A DNA stretch of 64,000 bases from Limnochordia bacterium (GTDB lineage: Bacteria; Bacillota; Limnochordia; DTU080): positions 64,001 through 128,000 of the forward strand of contig JBMNJG010000012.1 of NCBI GenBank assembly GCA_050951545.1, written 5' to 3'. The notes below the pieces were generated by a model. That model did not search any database, was not told the DNA's origin, and worked only from the letters and a program-made list of their open reading frames with translations. Positions 26,113 to 36,695 of the stretch are shown in pieces (position 1 is the stretch's first letter; every line of letters begins with the position of its first letter). Position numbers and translations under genes: made by a program.

Positions 26113-28791
26113 TCATCCGTCGAGCTCCTTGCGAGCCTGCTCACGCAGAGCGAAGATCATATTGATTGCGGCCAGAGGTGTCAGGCTCTCGGCGTTGATT
26201 TCTGCCAGTTCGCGAAGAAGTGGATGTGGTGTTGTCTCTGGGACAAACAAGGGTATCTGCATGGGCATTGGCTCCTCTGTCGTCCGCTTCTTGGGGTGAG
26301 AGGGGCGCGGCGCCTGAGGTGTCTCGTCCATGAGCGTGCCTGACGCGAGTCGATGGCCGAGTCGCACTTGCTCGTTCGATTCCAGTTCTCCTAGGATCCG
26401 TCTGGCAGAGTCTACGACAGCCTCTGGTAGACCTGCCAGACGAGCGACCTCAATACCGTAGCTGCGATCAGCGCCACCGGGTACGATGCGGCGCAAGAAT
26501 ACTACTTGCCCTTTCTCCTCTTTCACTGCCACACAGCAGTTCTGAACGCGTTTCAGCAACTGAGCGAGCTCGGTGAGTTCGTGATAGTGTGTGGCGAACA
26601 TGGTTAGCGGGCGGCACACAGGTGAATTGTGAAGATACTCCGTTACGGCCCATGCTATTGAGAGACCATCATAAGTGCTAGTGCCCCTACCCACTTCGTC
26701 TAGAACCACCAGGCTCTTCTCTGTGGCGCAGTTGAGGATGTGGGCCACTTCGTTCATTTCCACCATGAACGTACTTTGACCAGTGGCCAGATCATCGGAC
26801 GCTCCTACCCGAGTGAAGATACGATCAACCAAGGTGATATCAGCCGACGTTGCTGGTACAAAGGAGCCCATGTGGGTCAGCAACACCAGCAATGCTGCTT
26901 GGCGCAGATAGGTGCTCTTTCCTGCCATGTTGGGGCCAGTGAGGATCACGATCTGTCTGCTCGATGCATCGAGATAGATGTCATTGGGCACAAACTGCTC
27001 GTCCTGAAGCACGGCCTCTACAACAGGGTGTCGTCCGGCCTTGACACTGATACGTCCGGCTGTGTTGATCTGCGGTCTGACGTAGTGATGATCACGAGCT
27101 ACCTGAGCCAAACAGCAGTAGACATCGAGCTCCGCCAAAGCATCGGCTACAGCCTGAATGCGCTCTGCTTCGGCAGCGACACGGCTTCGCAGTTCACAAA
27201 AGATCTGGTATTCGAGTTCCATCACTCGCTCTTCGGCTCCGAGAATGGCGGCCTCTTTCTCTTTGAGCTCTGGAGTGACGAACCGCTCAGCTCCGGCTAA
27301 CGTCTGTTTACGCTCATAGTGCCCTGGTACTAACCCCAGATTGGCTCGGGTCACTTCGATGTAGTATCCAAAGACTCGGTTAAAGCCCACCTTGAGTGAC
27401 TTAATGCCAGTGCGGTTCCGTTCCTGCTGTTCGAGATCTGTGATCCAGGCCTGTCCGTCACGACGGGCCTCACGGAGGCGGTCCACCTCGACGTTGAAGC
27501 CGGGTCGAATCAGCCCTCCCTCTTGAATAGAGATTGGGGGGTTTTCCACAAGCGCTTCTTCTGTTGCCTGTGTGATGTCCGTACACGGATCAAGGCGTTC
27601 GACGAGAGTACGCAGAGAAAGGACGTGGGTGATCTCTTCCACGAGTGGTACGATCGCTGGCAACTGACCCAACGAGCGGGCTAAGGCGAGCATGTCGCGG
27701 GCATTGGCGGTACGCAGAGCCACACGTCCTACAAGGCGAGGGATATCGTATACCTTCTTGAGCAGCTCACGAAGCTCAGCTCGAGGCAAGTCGGCCTCAG
27801 TGAGGTTCTCGACGGCGTCGAGACGGTTACTGATGGCATCACCGTGGAGCAGAGGCTGTTCGAGCCAGGTCTTCAGTAGGCGCGCCCCCATAGGCGTCCG
27901 CGTCTGGTCCAGGACCCACAAGAGCGTGGCGTAGCGTTCGCCATCGCGTAGCGTGCGCGTCAACTCAAGGTTTCGCCGAGTGGTCTGGTCGAGCATCATG
28001 TGCGAAGCTGTGCTGTAGGGGACCAAACGGTTGATATGGGAGAGCTCTGTCTTTTGCGTGTCTCGAAGATACGAAATGATGGCCCCTGCTGCCCGAGTGG
28101 CTTCTCTGAGGTCTTCACACCCAAAGCCCTCGAGTGAGAGTACTCCGAAATGATCGAGCAGCGTCTGCCTGGCCGTTTCGTGGTGGAATAGTTCCGACTC
28201 CACGTCTGGTGAATAGATGCCTAACTTATCTATTCCCTCAGAGGCCACTAAGGGAAGGTCCGTGGCGAGCAACTCACTTGGACTAACCCTGTGCAGCTCT
28301 GACATGACAGTCTCGAAGGCCGAATCACCCTTGACCTCGGTGCACAGAAACTCACCAGTCGAGAAGTCACACACTGCAAGGCCCCAGACACCTCGTTGCT
28401 CCACTACAGCAGCCAGATACCGATTCTGATCGGGCCGTAGCGTGTCATCTAGCGACGTCCCCGGGGTGACGATGCGCACAACATCTCGCTTGACAATACC
28501 TTTGGCGGTACGGGGATCCTCAAGCTGTTCACAGATAGCGACCTTATGACCTTTCTGGACCAAAGCCGCGAGGTAACCGTCAGCCGCGTGATGGGGCACG
28601 CCGCACATAGGGATGCGCTTTCCCTTACCAGCCTCACGCGAGGTCAGCGTGATCTGCAGCGCTTGCGCTGCGATCTCCGCATCGGTACCGAAGAGCTCGA
28701 AGAAATCGCCAAGGCGAAAAAAGACGAGGCAATCGGGGTATTGCTGCTTGATCCTGTTATACTGCGCTAACATGGGTGTTTGTTTAGCCAA
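26113..28791 (-). CDS. mutS: DNA mismatch repair protein MutS
   Basis: TPM..QY, GDFFELF, TGPNMAGKST, STFMVEM, DEVGRGT, SYGI.VA. Confidence 0.98.
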   Translation of the reverse strand: MAKQTPMLAQYNRIKQQYPDCLVFFRLGDFFELFGTDAEIAAQALQITLTSREAGKGKRIPMCGVPHHAADGYLAALVQKGHKVAICEQLEDPRTAKGIVKRDVVRIVTPGTSLDDTLRPDQNRYLAAVVEQRGVWGLAVCDFSTGEFLCTEVKGDSAFETVMSELHRVSPSELLATDLPLVASEGIDKLGIYSPDVESELFHHETARQTLLDHFGVLSLEGFGCEDLREATRAAGAIISYLRDTQKTELSHINRLVPYSTASHMMLDQTTRRNLELTRTLRDGERYATLLWVLDQTRTPMGARLLKTWLEQPLLHGDAISNRLDAVENLTEADLPRAELRELLKKVYDIPRLVGRVALRTANARDMLALARSLGQLPAIVPLVEEITHVLSLRTLVERLDPCTDITQATEEALVENPPISIQEGGLIRPGFNVEVDRLREARRDGQAWITDLEQQERNRTGIKSLKVGFNRVFGYYIEVTRANLGLVPGHYERKQTLAGAERFVTPELKEKEAAILGAEERVMELEYQIFCELRSRVAAEAERIQAVADALAELDVYCCLAQVARDHHYVRPQINTAGRISVKAGRHPVVEAVLQDEQFVPNDIYLDASSRQIVILTGPNMAGKSTYLRQAALLVLLTHMGSFVPATSADITLVDRIFTRVGASDDLATGQSTFMVEMNEVAHILNCATEKSLVVLDEVGRGTSTYDGLSIAWAVTEYLHNSPVCRPLTMFATHYHELTELAQLLKRVQNCCVAVKEEKGQVVFLRRIVPGGADRSYGIEVARLAGLPEAVVDSARRILGELESNEQVRLGHRLASGTLMDETPQAPRPSHPKKRTTEEPMPMQIPLFVPETTPHPLLRELAEINAESLTPLAAINMIFALREQARKELDG

Positions 28792-28854
28792 AGGTGGAGA
28801 CCTCCCACCCAGGGCTTTTCGCTTATCTGATCGTCATCCCCTGCACGCCTGGCT

Positions 28855-29280
28855 TCAGACGGGCTCAATGGGGTCGAAAGGTAGATGAATATTGCGGGGG
28901 GCGCTTGTCATTGGGGAAAGGAAGACCGACTCCTCTTCCCAGTAGGGAACACGGTCAAGCGCCTTGTAGAGTGCTAGCTCCTCTACACGCGAGAGATGAC
29001 CATGATACTCTGGTAGCAGCGTGGCTTCTGTGGCCGTGATGCTGCAGAGGATCCTGCCCGGCTCTACCCCAGTAACAAGGGTTGCAGGTAGGAGTAGTCT
29101 CAATGAGCGTGCGGGATCGTAGACCACGATGTAGCGTACCGTCCAAAGTCGGCGCTCTACAATCTGACAGACGGCACGTCCGAGGGTGAGGCCATCGCTC
29201 GAGAGAAGCTCGCACTGCCAGATCTCTCTGGGGATCTCCTCATATAGGCTGGCTGCAGCGTTGACAGGATCGTCAGACAT
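28855..29280 (-). CDS. PRC-barrel domain protein
   Basis: DG..LG......W.VRYIVV...LLLP...V and C-terminal LSR.EE..LY.....PYW pattern. Confidence 0.65.
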   Translation of the reverse strand: MSDDPVNAAASLYEEIPREIWQCELLSSDGLTLGRAVCQIVERRLWTVRYIVVYDPARSLRLLLPATLVTGVEPGRILCSITATEATLLPEYHGHLSRVEELALYKALDRVPYWEEESVFLSPMTSAPRNIHLPFDPIEPV

Positions 29281-30670
29281 AGATGCCCTCCAGACCAAAG
29301 GTGTTGGCCTTTTGAACACGTATGCGACGCAGGGTACCTAGGTCAGATGGTTCGCCGGGGAACACGACAAGCTTGTTGGTGCGGGTACGTCCCGCCATGG
29401 CTCCGGGCTCCTTCCCTATGCTATCGACAAGCACTTCCATATGCTGCCCGAGCAGTGCACTATTCTTGGCTAGGCTGATCTTATTCTGCAGCTCAATGAG
29501 CCGGTTGATGCGTTCTCTTTTTACGCCATCAGAGATCTCTCCAGAAAGCCGCGTGGACGGTGTCCCCTTCCGAGGAGAGTAGATGAACATGAAGGCACTG
29601 TCGAAACCGATCTCTTCCACCAAAGAGAGGGTCTCGCTGAAGTCGCTCTCGGTCTCGCCAGGAAATCCCACAATCAGGTCTGTGCTGAGGGCTAGCCCTG
29701 GAATCGCGGCCCGCATCCTCTCCACTAAGTCAATGTACTCTGCCCTGGTGTAGCGGCGGCCCATGCGGCGCAACGTGCGATCTGAGCCAGCCTGCACGGG
29801 AAGGTGCACGTGCTCACAGACACTCTTGCACTCCCCGATGGCAGATATGACGTCACTTCCCATGTACTTCGGGTGTGGAGACGTAAAGCGAATGCGCTCA
29901 ACGCCGGGAAGGGTATCCATCTGACGCAATAGATCGGCAAAACTTGTTTGTCCTCCCAAGTCACATCCGTAGGCATTGACGTTCTGCCCCAGTAGTGTGA
30001 TCTCTTTGCAGCCTTCTGCTATTGCCTGCCCTGCTTCCATAAGGATGACCCGGGGATGACGCGACCTTTCTTTTCCTCTGACGTAGGGCACGATGCAATA
30101 GGTGCAAAACTGATTGCATCCGTACATGATGGTGATGTACGCTTTCAGCGCTGAGGCTCTTTGCATCGGGAGTCCTTCGATCACGGGACCAGGCTGCTCC
30201 CAGACCTCGATGACTCGTTCGCCAGCTTCAACCCTGCGCAGTAGCTCCGGTAGACGGTGGAGGTTGTGCGTGCCGAAGACAAGGTCGACGTGCTCAAACG
30301 CTGTCGCGATGCGCTGCGACTCAGAGGGTTGTTGCATCATACAGCCACAGATCCCTAGGATCACTTCTGGGTTCAGCTCTTTTAGGCTACGCAGCATGTT
30401 CATCTGCCCATAGAGCTTGCGTTCAGGATTCTCACGCACCGCGCAGGTGTTATAAAGGATGAGCTGAGCTGCTAGCAGGTTGTCGACCTGCTCATAGCCA
30501 GCGTGTTGCAGCATGCCTAAGATGATCTCACTATCGTGTTCATTCATCTGGCAGCCCAGCGTGCGAATGAAGACGCCCTTTTTCCCCCTCGCGTGCTGCT
30601 TCGTCTGGGCATCGCGAAGATCTGCCTGGGTGACGACTCCGAGCGTGGGCAGAGTGATGGACTTCTCCAC
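29273..30670 (-). CDS. miaB: tRNA-2-methylthio-N6-isopentenyladenosine synthase MiaB
   Basis: GCQMN, NTCAVRE, CGC, CNQFCTYC radical-SAM motif, TRAM domain. Confidence 0.96.
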   Translation of the reverse strand: MEKSITLPTLGVVTQADLRDAQTKQHARGKKGVFIRTLGCQMNEHDSEIILGMLQHAGYEQVDNLLAAQLILYNTCAVRENPERKLYGQMNMLRSLKELNPEVILGICGCMMQQPSESQRIATAFEHVDLVFGTHNLHRLPELLRRVEAGERVIEVWEQPGPVIEGLPMQRASALKAYITIMYGCNQFCTYCIVPYVRGKERSRHPRVILMEAGQAIAEGCKEITLLGQNVNAYGCDLGGQTSFADLLRQMDTLPGVERIRFTSPHPKYMGSDVISAIGECKSVCEHVHLPVQAGSDRTLRRMGRRYTRAEYIDLVERMRAAIPGLALSTDLIVGFPGETESDFSETLSLVEEIGFDSAFMFIYSPRKGTPSTRLSGEISDGVKRERINRLIELQNKISLAKNSALLGQHMEVLVDSIGKEPGAMAGRTRTNKLVVFPGEPSDLGTLRRIRVQKANTFGLEGIYV

Positions 30671-30784
30671 CAGTACACCTCCGGCAAGTGACGTGTAGCA
30701 GATCAATTATACACTGGGGGAAGATCGACCTCAACTTGGGCTCGAGGGCGTCAGCGGGTGAAAATCGGCTTGGGGCACGATAGT

Positions 30785-30823
30785 GTAACAGCGTGTTAAC
30801 AGGGGATGCACCCGTCATTAGCC
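30785..30823 (+). promoter_or_regulatory. Candidate PhoP-type box upstream of pit
   Basis: GTAACA, TTAACA, TGCACC, TTAGCC at 11-bp period (30785, 30796, 30807, 30818), resembling TT(A/T/C)ACA repeats. Confidence 0.4.
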
Positions 30824-30891
30824 AATTAGCCGCATTGAACATAGGGAAAACCAAACTGAAGGATCGTTGGTAGAGAATCGGGGGTTACCGT

Positions 30892-31875
30892 ATGGGGCTG
30901 ATTAGCGTACTAATCGTGCTATCGGGTGTCTATGTCGGGTGGGCCTTGGGAGCTAATGATGGTGCCAACTGCATGGGTACGGCGGTCGGGGCACGGGTAC
31001 GCTCGCTGCGAGAGGCCGTAATACTTGTGGCAGTTTTCGGTTTTCTGGGGTCCGTGACCCTAGGTGGACGGGTAATAAAGACTATTGGCAAGGGAATCGT
31101 GCCTCTGGATCGAATTGATCCCTCAGTAGCAATGCAGATTGCGCTGGCGACGATGTTGGCAGCAGGTACCTGGATGGTACTGGCTACCTTTTTGCGCCTA
31201 CCAGTCTCTACCACGCATGCTTCGGTCGGAGCCATGGCTGGAGCGGGTCTGGCCTCAGGCTCAGTGCCAGTTATCTGGAGCAGGTTTGCCGATATCTTTC
31301 TGGCCTGGGTGCTGACACCACTAGGAGCTGCGCTCATGGGAATCTTGGTCTATAAAGCGCTGCTGCGGTGGCTTGCAGACTCGAGGTTATATAGTGAGCA
31401 GTTGATACGCGGCTTGCTTACTGTGAGTGGGATCTACATGGCTTTCTCCTGGGGCGCAAACGACGTAGCCAATGCCACAGGTCCCATCGTGGGAGCAGGT
31501 ATCTTGACAGCAAAACAGGCTGCAGTACTGGGTGGTGCTGCTATTGCTCTCGGTGTTGGAGGATGGGGCTACAAAGTCATGGAGACGATAGGCACAAGGA
31601 TTACAAACTTGGGTCCTCTGATGGCTTTCGCAGCCGAGGTGGCCGCTGCTCTTAACGTCCATCTATATACCTTCTGGGGAATTCCTGTCTCAACCACTCA
31701 TGCTATTGTAGGTGCCGTGTTTGGCGTGGGACTTGCGAACGGAAGAGCAGCTGTCAACAAACGCACTGTCCGTGATATCGTGCTTGCCTGGGCTGCCACT
31801 CCCGTGGCGAGTGGCGTTGTGGCCTTCGCGTTTTACCACCTGCTCGCACCCGTTTTCAACAACAGAGGGATCTAG
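30892..31875 (+). CDS. pit: PiT-family inorganic phosphate transporter
   Basis: Two GAND.AN signature motifs and two PVSTTH motifs. Confidence 0.95.
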   Translation: MGLISVLIVLSGVYVGWALGANDGANCMGTAVGARVRSLREAVILVAVFGFLGSVTLGGRVIKTIGKGIVPLDRIDPSVAMQIALATMLAAGTWMVLATFLRLPVSTTHASVGAMAGAGLASGSVPVIWSRFADIFLAWVLTPLGAALMGILVYKALLRWLADSRLYSEQLIRGLLTVSGIYMAFSWGANDVANATGPIVGAGILTAKQAAVLGGAAIALGVGGWGYKVMETIGTRITNLGPLMAFAAEVAAALNVHLYTFWGIPVSTTHAIVGAVFGVGLANGRAAVNKRTVRDIVLAWAATPVASGVVAFAFYHLLAPVFNNRGI

Positions 31876-31924
31876 GCGCGATCGGGGCGCTGGCTTGATC
31901 ACACTACCCTCAGGGGGGATGGCA

Positions 31925-32584
31925 ATGTCTAGCGTATTCGGTTGGATTGGGCACAGGGAGCAAAAAGGCATTATCGTCGAAGCCCGCAGACACATGGATA
32001 AGGTCGTGGGGACGGTCGAACTGCTGGGCCGCGCCGTGGAGGCGATGTGTAACGGGCGGATCGAGGAAGCGAATCAGCTTCATGAGAAGCTCGCCGCCGC
32101 AGAGCACGACGCAGACATCATCCGTCGTGACATCATGGCCAAGCTGTCCCACGGATTGCTGCTCCCACCGGAACGTCAGGATCTGGTTAGGTTGGTGGGC
32201 AGCATGGACGATGTCGCAGACCAAGCGCAGGGTGCTTCTCGTATCGTCGTCATCTTTGATGAGGCGCCAGAATTGTTCAAGGAGGATCTGATAGCCTTCA
32301 CACAGTTGATCCAACGTGCCGTGCGCCATCTCGCGCAAGCCCTCGAGATGCTCAGTTCGGGTCAGACCGAAAAGGCTCTTGAGGCGTGTATGCAGGTGGA
32401 GACCCTCGAAGAAGAGGGTGACCGACTCAAGCACAGCATCATGAAGAAGCTCTTCAGCCAGGACTTGCCAGCTCGTCTGCTTCTGCTACTTCATGATCTT
32501 GTTGAGTCGATGGAGAACACCATTGATCGCGCAGAAGACTCTGCTGACCTAGTCAGGGTGCTTTCGGTAAGCCAGAAACGCTAG
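31925..32584 (+). CDS. DUF47/TIGR00153 phosphate transport regulator (PhoU-like)
   Basis: EHDAD, MDDVAD, EEEGD, DRAED motifs; next to pit. Confidence 0.9.
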   Translation: MSSVFGWIGHREQKGIIVEARRHMDKVVGTVELLGRAVEAMCNGRIEEANQLHEKLAAAEHDADIIRRDIMAKLSHGLLLPPERQDLVRLVGSMDDVADQAQGASRIVVIFDEAPELFKEDLIAFTQLIQRAVRHLAQALEMLSSGQTEKALEACMQVETLEEEGDRLKHSIMKKLFSQDLPARLLLLLHDLVESMENTIDRAEDSADLVRVLSVSQKR

Positions 32585-32620
32585 ACACGCGATGATGCAA
32601 CGTCGTAGAAGGAGTGCCTG

Positions 32621-34087
32621 ATGTTGACCTACAGCAGTGAGGACAGGGCCATCCTGGCGCGTCATGTAACGAACATTGACGGGGACGTTTACGGCATAAC
32701 AAACCTTCCTGAAGAGGTTGTTGCAGTGATCTTTGCTTATGTCTCGCGCAGCGACCGCTCGTTCAAGGAGAACCTGCTGCGGCTGATCAAGCAAGGGGAT
32801 CTGCGCGAATATCCTGAAGACAGTGCTTCTGCAAGGTATGCATCGGCCGTTCAGCGAGCAAGTGAATTCCACTCACGCTGGGTGGTCTCCTATGGACATT
32901 CTAGTGTGGCTGAGCATGCGGTAGCACATGTGGGTGTCGAGCGCATTTCGCGCCTTGCCTCCGCAGAACTAGAACTGGCGAATCCCTTCCTGTCGTTCAC
33001 CGAGTATAGCCAACGCTACCAGAAGCCTCGACGTGGGCACTTTTACGTGCCTAGCGAACTCAGTACAGACCTCGCCCAACGCTATAGGCAGGCGATGGAT
33101 GCTTTGTATGACATCTACGAGATGCTGTACAAAGGACTCGTCTCGTATCTTGACGGGACGCTGCCTGGGCTGGGGAATGAGACGCCTGCGGCGCGACAGG
33201 GACGCGTGGCTCGCTTGGCCTTCGAGGATGCCCGCTACGCTCTGCCCCTGAGCACTTTGACTAGTCTCGGCATGACTGGCAATGGCAGAGCATTGCGCGA
33301 CGCCATTGCTCTTCTCGGTGCTTCAACCGTCACGGAGATACGCCTTCTGTCAGAGAGGCTCACGGAAGAGATAACGAAGCTGCTTCCCACATTGCTGCGG
33401 CACTCTTCGCCTTCGGAGTACCAGTTGGGCTGGTACCGTTTGTGGCAGCAACTCGTGGATGGTTCGCAGCCTGTACATCCTGCAAAGCAGGGGGCACAAA
33501 CACAGCTTCTGGATTTCACTGGGCGGGGCACTCAGGATCCGGAAGAAACAGCTCTGCAAGTGATGGCTCAAGCCATGGCTGCTTCTGGGACGCCGATCAG
33601 CGACACTCGGAAGTATCTCCAGGTTGGCTTGGCCAATCTTGGTCCCCACGATGTCCCCCCCGCAGCTTTCCACTGGATTCGTTACGATTGCCTATTTACG
33701 CTATCCGAGGCAGCTTGGCACCAGCTTCTGCGCCACTGTCGTGGCATGCATTTCCAGTGGCGCCCGCCGGAGGTCAGCAATGGTTACACTGTGCCCCCAA
33801 ACGTCACCGCCGCTGGTCTTGATCATCTGCTTGATCGCGCTGTGGCAGTTAGTGCGGACCTCTACCATCTTCTGGAGTGTGAAGCCCCAGGGACGTCGAG
33901 CTATGCCGTCATTAATGCTCATCGACGTCGTGTACGTAGCGAATTTGATCTGCGGCAGCTCTACCACCTCGTAAACCTGAGGACAACGTCACAAGCGCAA
34001 TGGGATATACGCCGTGTCGTGACGCAGCTGTGGGATCAAGTGCTCGCTGTCCATCCCCAGCTTGCTAACCAGGCGCAGCGCACATAG
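32621..34087 (+). CDS. thyX: FAD-dependent thymidylate synthase, tandem two-domain type
   Basis: GHSSVAEH, ISRL, SQRY, EDARYALP; second half HQLLRH, LYH..NLR...AQWDIR. Confidence 0.85.
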   Translation: MLTYSSEDRAILARHVTNIDGDVYGITNLPEEVVAVIFAYVSRSDRSFKENLLRLIKQGDLREYPEDSASARYASAVQRASEFHSRWVVSYGHSSVAEHAVAHVGVERISRLASAELELANPFLSFTEYSQRYQKPRRGHFYVPSELSTDLAQRYRQAMDALYDIYEMLYKGLVSYLDGTLPGLGNETPAARQGRVARLAFEDARYALPLSTLTSLGMTGNGRALRDAIALLGASTVTEIRLLSERLTEEITKLLPTLLRHSSPSEYQLGWYRLWQQLVDGSQPVHPAKQGAQTQLLDFTGRGTQDPEETALQVMAQAMAASGTPISDTRKYLQVGLANLGPHDVPPAAFHWIRYDCLFTLSEAAWHQLLRHCRGMHFQWRPPEVSNGYTVPPNVTAAGLDHLLDRAVAVSADLYHLLECEAPGTSSYAVINAHRRRVRSEFDLRQLYHLVNLRTTSQAQWDIRRVVTQLWDQVLAVHPQLANQAQRT

Positions 34088-34203
34088 AATGAGGACCTGC
34101 TCTTAGGCAGGCCCCCAAGCCATGGTTGGCACTTCCTATGCCCAACCGTAGCATAAGTAGTCTTGCCGGTTGGGCTATTCCCTATGCGCGAGGGTGTCTG
34201 CAC

Positions 34204-35406
34204 TTATGTCAACGGGCCTCCCTGGTAGAGCGAGGCCGCAGGATGCGGTCGAGCTATTATCTTCTCCACCGATGCCAGGCAGGCTTCCACCATGCCTCGA
34301 ATGTCCAGCTTGGCTTCCGCCTTCTCCACCATCTCCGCGGAGGGGCGGGTTTCGGGATGCCTTGGCAGAAACAGCGTGCAGCAGTCTTCATAGGGCATAA
34401 TTGACGTCTCATAGGTGCCGATCCCGCGAGCCACCGCTGTGATCTCGCTCTTGTCATAGGTAACCAATGGTCGCAGAATGGGCGTCGTAGTCACCGCGTT
34501 GATGACGGCTAGACTCTCCAACGTCTGACTGGCTACCTGCCCTACTGATTCGCCAGTGATCAGAGCAGGTATGCCGTGGGCTGCAGCCAGTCGCGTGGCG
34601 ACTCGTAGCATGAGTCGGCGCATGAGCGTTATCATGAGCGCAGGTGGTGACTCTGCTTGCAGCTGCAACTGAGCCTCCGTTAGCCGCACCATGTATAATG
34701 GGATATCCCCCGCGTAGGCGGCCAGGATCTCCATGAGTTCAATGACCTTTTGCTGGGCACGTTCGCTGGTGTAGGGAACAGAGTGGAAGTGGATCCCCGC
34801 CAAGCGTATGCCTCGACGCATGGCTAGCCAACCCGCTACCGGGCTATCGATGCCTCCGGAAATCAGAAGTAACCCTTGGCTGCTTGCTCCCACTGGCAGC
34901 CCACCAGGGCCCTGTAGGGTCTCTGCATACACGTACCCCACATTGACCCGCACCTCTACGCTTACGGTCACCTGCGGGTTGTGGACATCAACCTTCATAT
35001 GTGGGCATGCGGCCAGAAGCTGGGCTCCCAGGCGGCTGTTGAGTTCTGGTGACGTGAGAGGGAAAGACTTGTCTGACCTGCGACTCTCAACCTTGAAGGT
35101 GACCCTCCCTGCACTTTCAGCCTTCTTTAGGACATGTTCTGCAGCCAAAGCGATCGCCTCATAGGTTGGCGTTACTGCTTGAGCTATGCTTGTCCCTACT
35201 ACTCCGAACACACGAGTTACGCGTGCCTGAATGGCGACAGTGTCTGCACCTTCGATACGATACCGTCCGTGTTGGTGCACGACCTTGGCGCCTGGTAAGT
35301 CACGTACCGCCCAACGCAAATTGCGCAGCAGGGCCTTCTCGAATCGCGGCCGATTGGCTCCCTTAAGCGCTATCTCACCGAACTTCACAATCACAACGTC
35401 TGTCAT
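34204..35406 (-). CDS. thiI: tRNA 4-thiouridine synthase ThiI
   Basis: GEIALKG.NR, THUMP domain, SGGIDSPVA PP-loop, GQVASQT, EDCC. Confidence 0.96.
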   Translation of the reverse strand: MTDVVIVKFGEIALKGANRPRFEKALLRNLRWAVRDLPGAKVVHQHGRYRIEGADTVAIQARVTRVFGVVGTSIAQAVTPTYEAIALAAEHVLKKAESAGRVTFKVESRRSDKSFPLTSPELNSRLGAQLLAACPHMKVDVHNPQVTVSVEVRVNVGYVYAETLQGPGGLPVGASSQGLLLISGGIDSPVAGWLAMRRGIRLAGIHFHSVPYTSERAQQKVIELMEILAAYAGDIPLYMVRLTEAQLQLQAESPPALMITLMRRLMLRVATRLAAAHGIPALITGESVGQVASQTLESLAVINAVTTTPILRPLVTYDKSEITAVARGIGTYETSIMPYEDCCTLFLPRHPETRPSAEMVEKAEAKLDIRGMVEACLASVEKIIARPHPAASLYQGGPLT

Positions 35407-36602
35407 GTCCAGTCCTCCTGAGAGCTACGGCCCCCCACATTCTTGCCTGAGCGTAGGCACTCCAGCACCCTACACAGCTTCGACACAGCTGTCTCTATCT
35501 CTTCTGCTGTAGTCATCGATGAAAGACCAAAACGTAGAGAAGCCGAACGCACTGTGTCAGCCACGCCCATGGCCTCCAGAACATGCGTTCCGGTGCGCCC
35601 GCTTCGGCGCGAGGAGCATGCGGCTCCTGTGGAGACAAACACGCCTTCTTGAGCTAGGGCTCTCGCCATCACCTCGGCCTGCATGCCAGGAATGGCCACG
35701 CTACAGATATGGGGCGCTGTGTGCTCGGGTGGCGGTCCGTTGATCACAGCTTCCGGCAGAGCTTCAGATAGGCACTCTATCAGACGCTGGCGCAGATGGG
35801 CCATGCGCCTCATCGCGGCCGTTCCACCTGTCGCAAGTTGCTCTACTGCTGCGCCGAACCCGGCGATCCCAGGAACGTTCTCCGTCCCCGATCTGAGGCC
35901 CCTCTCTTGCCCACCTCCGAGCAAGAGAGGTTGGAGGCGGACTCCTTCTCGTAGCCATAGCGCCCCACACCCCTTGGGGCCGTGGATCTTGTGGGCTGAA
36001 AGTGACAGCAGATCGACGCCCCAGGCTGCAGGGTTCACATCGATCTTGCCAAGAGCTTGCACCGCGTCAGTGTGAATGAGGCATTGCGGGTGCCGAGTGC
36101 GCACAGCCCTCACGATTTCTGCTATAGGCTGCACGCTGCCCACTTCGTTATTCACGGTCATGACCGACACAAGGACTGTCTCCGTACAGGTAGCTTCAGC
36201 GATGGCTTCAGGCAAAACTAGGCCGTGTTGATCTACACCCACCCGAGTGATGCGCCACCCCTGGCGTTCGAGCATCTCACAAGTGGCGAGCACCGCTGCG
36301 TGTTCGATGGCCGAAATGATCATATGCTTCCCGCGACGCTGGTAACTCTGGGCAACGCCTTGAATGGCCAGGTTGACAGATTCTGTCCCGCCAGAGGTAA
36401 ACACAAGGCTCTTGTCCGGAACCCCCAGGTAGGCGCCCAGTGTTCTTCTAGCCTTGCGCACCGTCTCTTCCGCAGCCAATCCCATGGCATGCAGCGAAGA
36501 AGGATTGCCGTAGACAGTGCTAAGTGCCTCTTGGACTGCCTCGCAGACTGCTGGTGTCGCTTGCGTTGTGGCTGCATTATCAAGATAGATCTCATACCCC
36601 AT
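35403..36602 (-). CDS. iscS: Cysteine desulfurase (IscS/NifZ type)
   Basis: YLDNAATT, GNPSS.H, SAHKIHGPKG, RSGTEN, GAACSS; coupled to thiI. Confidence 0.93.
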   Translation of the reverse strand: MGYEIYLDNAATTQATPAVCEAVQEALSTVYGNPSSLHAMGLAAEETVRKARRTLGAYLGVPDKSLVFTSGGTESVNLAIQGVAQSYQRRGKHMIISAIEHAAVLATCEMLERQGWRITRVGVDQHGLVLPEAIAEATCTETVLVSVMTVNNEVGSVQPIAEIVRAVRTRHPQCLIHTDAVQALGKIDVNPAAWGVDLLSLSAHKIHGPKGCGALWLREGVRLQPLLLGGGQERGLRSGTENVPGIAGFGAAVEQLATGGTAAMRRMAHLRQRLIECLSEALPEAVINGPPPEHTAPHICSVAIPGMQAEVMARALAQEGVFVSTGAACSSRRSGRTGTHVLEAMGVADTVRSASLRFGLSSMTTAEEIETAVSKLCRVLECLRSGKNVGGRSSQEDWT

Positions 36603-36695
36603 GGATTGTTCCCTCCGAGATACTAGAAAGAAAGGAGACCGCACGGAGCGGCCTCCTTGACTACACAGAAGAGGCGTAGGCCCTCAGCCGCCGTG

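Noticed and set aside
32590-32612. ATGATGCAACGTCGTAGAAGG upstream of thyX as a fourth copy of the hairpin motif
   Set aside because: Matches only the 3' half, with a 3-nt insertion, and lacks the GGCGCTCAT arm, so the hairpin cannot form
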